DNA from: Chiloscyllium plagiosum
Lineage: Eukaryota
Length of the DNA stretch: 36,582 bases
Reading direction: 5' to 3'
NCBI RefSeq assembly: GCF_004010195.1
Contig: NC_057718.1
Span: 82,789,122 to 82,825,703 of the forward strand
Shown: piece after piece, positions 34,120 to 36,582 of the stretch
Numbering within the stretch: the stretch's first letter is position 1
How the letters are laid out: each line of letters begins with the position of its first letter
Program-made: the position numbers and the translations under genes
The notes under the pieces: generated by a model
What the model saw: only the letters and a program-made list of their open reading frames with translations
Told to the model about the DNA's origin: nothing
Databases searched by the model: none

Positions 34120-34860
34120 TGACAGGGAAACAAGAAGAGGAGAGGATCAACAGAGATCTCACAGAAAGGAACAAGCTGCTGAAGGAGGGAGGGGAAGAGA
34201 AGGGCAAAGCTAACAGTTCTCCCCAGTCCCCCGTTGTCAACAGGAACCAATATCCTTTCCTCAACCTCAGCTGAGACAATTATAGTAGTCTCACTAAACA
34301 GATGCACAATTCCATGAACTATCTGCTGCAATCTGAACTTTTGCCTCTGAAGGGGGTAAAAATAACATTTGCCAGTGATTGTGAAGGGAATTGTGGTGAT
34401 GCAAATTATGCGTCTGACTCTTTCGGTGCTTGAGCAGATGAGATTAACTACATCGTCCTCTTGGCAGAGAGAGGCAGGTGAAGTGAGAGTATGGCTTCCT
34501 GAGGACTGCTGATTTTCTGATGGTGCAGGGTGAATTCAAGGCCTCACAGGTCGATTCTGTGTGGGTGGAACTGGAAGCACAAAGGTTTCTATTCTCTCAG
34601 TGTCCAAATGGTGGGTGACCTGACACAACACATCATCGCAGGTCAACGCAGCAGTCAAGATGCCCTCCTTCTGTGGCAGTCTACTGCTGTACCATCTGCA
34701 CTGGACCTTCCATGACAAGTACTGAAGAATGGCTGGTGGGTGACTGGGTGACCTTCTGGCTGACGCCTCTGAGGCCCAGGCCACACACAAATGGGCAACT
34801 TACACATAATGAGCACCCAACTTCCACATGAACAACGAATGAGCAGAGCAATGAGCTGTT
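34120..34860 (+). pseudogene. Harbinger (HARBI1-like DDE) transposase remnant
   Basis: HKGFYSLSVQMVGD, SSQDALLLWQS, WLVGD..WLTPLRP..HNEHPTST*TTNEQ at 34578-34852; weaker N-terminal similarity (QYPFLNLS, YLLQSELLP) at 34240-34350. Confidence 0.75.
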
Positions 34861-34984
34861 CAAGCAATAGATCCTCTGCCAGGACAGTATGGAGCTAACC
34901 TGAAGAATCCAGCAAGCTCTGTGTCAAACTTTGTCCTTGCCTAGTCATCATCAGGGGAAAATGTGGCTGCTCTGCTCACTTTGA

Positions 34985-35495
34985 GTGCAGGAGGTTGAGA
35001 GGTGACTTGATAGAGGTTTTATAAAATCGTGGGGGCCATAGATAAGGTAAGTGGCTGGTGTCTTTTCCCTCGGATGGGGGATTTCAAGACAGCAGGGCAT
35101 ATTTTTAAGGTGAGAGGAGGAAGATTTAAAAAAGACACAAGGGGCAACCTTTTTTACAGAGTGGTTTGTGTGTGGAATGAAGTTCCAGAGGAAGTGGTGG
35201 ATGTGGGTATACATACATAGAACATTACAGCGCAGTACAGGCCCTTCGGCCCTCAATGTTGCGCCGACCTGTCATACCAATCTGAAGCCCATCTAACCTA
35301 ACTATTCCATGTATGTCCATATGCTTGTCCAAAGTTACAACATTTGAAAGACATTTAGATAAATATATGAGAATAAGAAATGTTTGGAGGGATATGGGCC
35401 AAGTGCAGGTAGGTGGGTCTGGTTTAGCTTGGTATAATAGCTTGCATGGACTGATTGGGCCGAAAGGTCTGTTTCCATGCCGTATGATTCAATGA
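34985..35495 (+). mobile_element. CR1 3' fragment with an opposite-strand CR1 tail nested at about 35216-35332
   Basis: TAGHIFKVRGGRFKKDTRGN, VWNEVPEEVV, TTFERHLDKYM; insertion begins catagaacattacagcgcagtacaggcccttcggccc. Confidence 0.85.
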
Positions 35496-35663
35496 GACCT
35501 ACTTGCTCCATTGCCTTCTCAGTGTCTGCTTGGTGGACCTAGTAGATAGACAGACATCTCTCCTCACCCTCACCTCCACCATCGAGGTTCCTGGTACAGC
35601 TTTTGAGAATCTTAGAGTGCATGCACCTTTCCTGACACCATTAGTCAATCTGTTTTGTGGGTG

Positions 35664-36445
35664 AAACATAGAAACTAGGTGCAGGAGTAGGCCATTCAGC
35701 CCTTCGAGCCTGCACCACCATCAATGAGATCATGGCTGATGTCAGTATCCTATTGTTGCTTTCCCTCCATAGCCTTTGATTCCTTTGGCTGCAAAGGCCA
35801 CATCCAGCTCTGTCTTGAATATATCTCATGCCAACAGCTTCCTCTGGGAGAGAATTCCCCAGGTTCACAACTCTCTCAGTGAAGAAATGTTTCCTCATCT
35901 CAGTCCTGAATGGCTTACCGTTATTCTTAGACAGTGAGCCCTAGTTCTGGATTTCACCAACATCGGGAACATTCTTCCTGCATCTAGCCTGTCCCGTCCC
36001 ATCAGGATTTTATGTGTTTCTATGAGATCCCTCTCATTCTTCTAAATTCCAGTCAGTACAAGCCCAGTTGATCCAGTCTTTCCTCATATATCAGTCCTCC
36101 CACCCCAAGAATCAATCTGATGAACCTTCACTGGACGCCCTCAATAGTAAGACTGTTCTTCCTCAGACTAGGAGACCAACACTGCACACAATACTCAAGG
36201 GGTGGCCTCACCAAGGCCCTGTATAACTGCAGCGAGACATCCTTACTCAGATACTCAAATCCTCTCATTATGAAGGTCAGCATGCCATTAGCTTTTCTCA
36301 CTGCCTACCTCACCTGTATGCCAACCTTCAGCGACTGATCCACCATGACACCTGAGTCTCGTTGTACCTCACCTTTTCCAAAACTGTTACCATTCAGATA
36401 AAAATCTATCTTCCTGTTTTTGCCACCAAAGTGGATAACCTCACA
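35664..36445 (-). mobile_element. CR1 LINE 3' fragment, different subfamily
   Basis: CEVIHFGGKN, VQRDSGVMVDQSLKV, MRKHFFTERVVNLGNSLP; catagaaac tail. Confidence 0.9.
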
Positions 36446-36458
36446 AAGTGAAAAACAT

Positions 36459-36582
36459 ATCTCTGCATACCTCGACACGGTCCTGTCCCCCTTAGTCCAA
36501 GAACTCCCCACCTACGTTCGGGACACCACCCATGCCCTCCACCTCCTCCATGATTTTCGCTTCCCCGGTCCCCAACGCCTTA
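36459..36582 (+). mobile_element. Penelope-like RT fragment running off the window
   Basis: ISAYLDTVLSPLVQELPTYVRDTTHALHLLHDFRFPGPQRL, homologous to FFSPFAQSLPTYIHDSADTLHHFQNSQF near 17300 (minus). Confidence 0.8.

Noticed and set aside
1..36582. CRISPR arrays, operons or other prokaryotic systems
   Set aside because: Vertebrate repeat landscape with spliced gene structure; the recurring short motifs are dispersed transposon termini, not regularly spaced repeats

Overview
Repeat-rich eukaryotic DNA from a cartilaginous fish (HE1-type SINEs, CR1/HER1-type LINEs and Penelope-like elements point to a shark), with two assembly gaps. The one host gene I can support is a 3-exon, + strand, secreted type-2 cystatin (14204-14410, 17769-17834, 19643-19735; 121 aa). 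The ORF track shows only its first exon. It keeps all three papain-binding elements (LLG, QAVGG, PW) but is unusually compact, lacking the first disulfide loop and the legumain-site Asn segment. The rest is a mosaic of CR1 fragments, SINEs and Penelope RT/GIY-YIG remnants, with about ten minimal hammerhead-ribozyme motifs in Penelope-type termini. Also present are a Tx1-like element whose two pieces appear circularly permuted next to a tRNA-Leu pseudogene, a decayed two-gene Harbinger transposon, and a complex templated duplication at 24.4-25.0 kb. Family names come from motif recognition, not database searches, and repeat boundaries are approximate.
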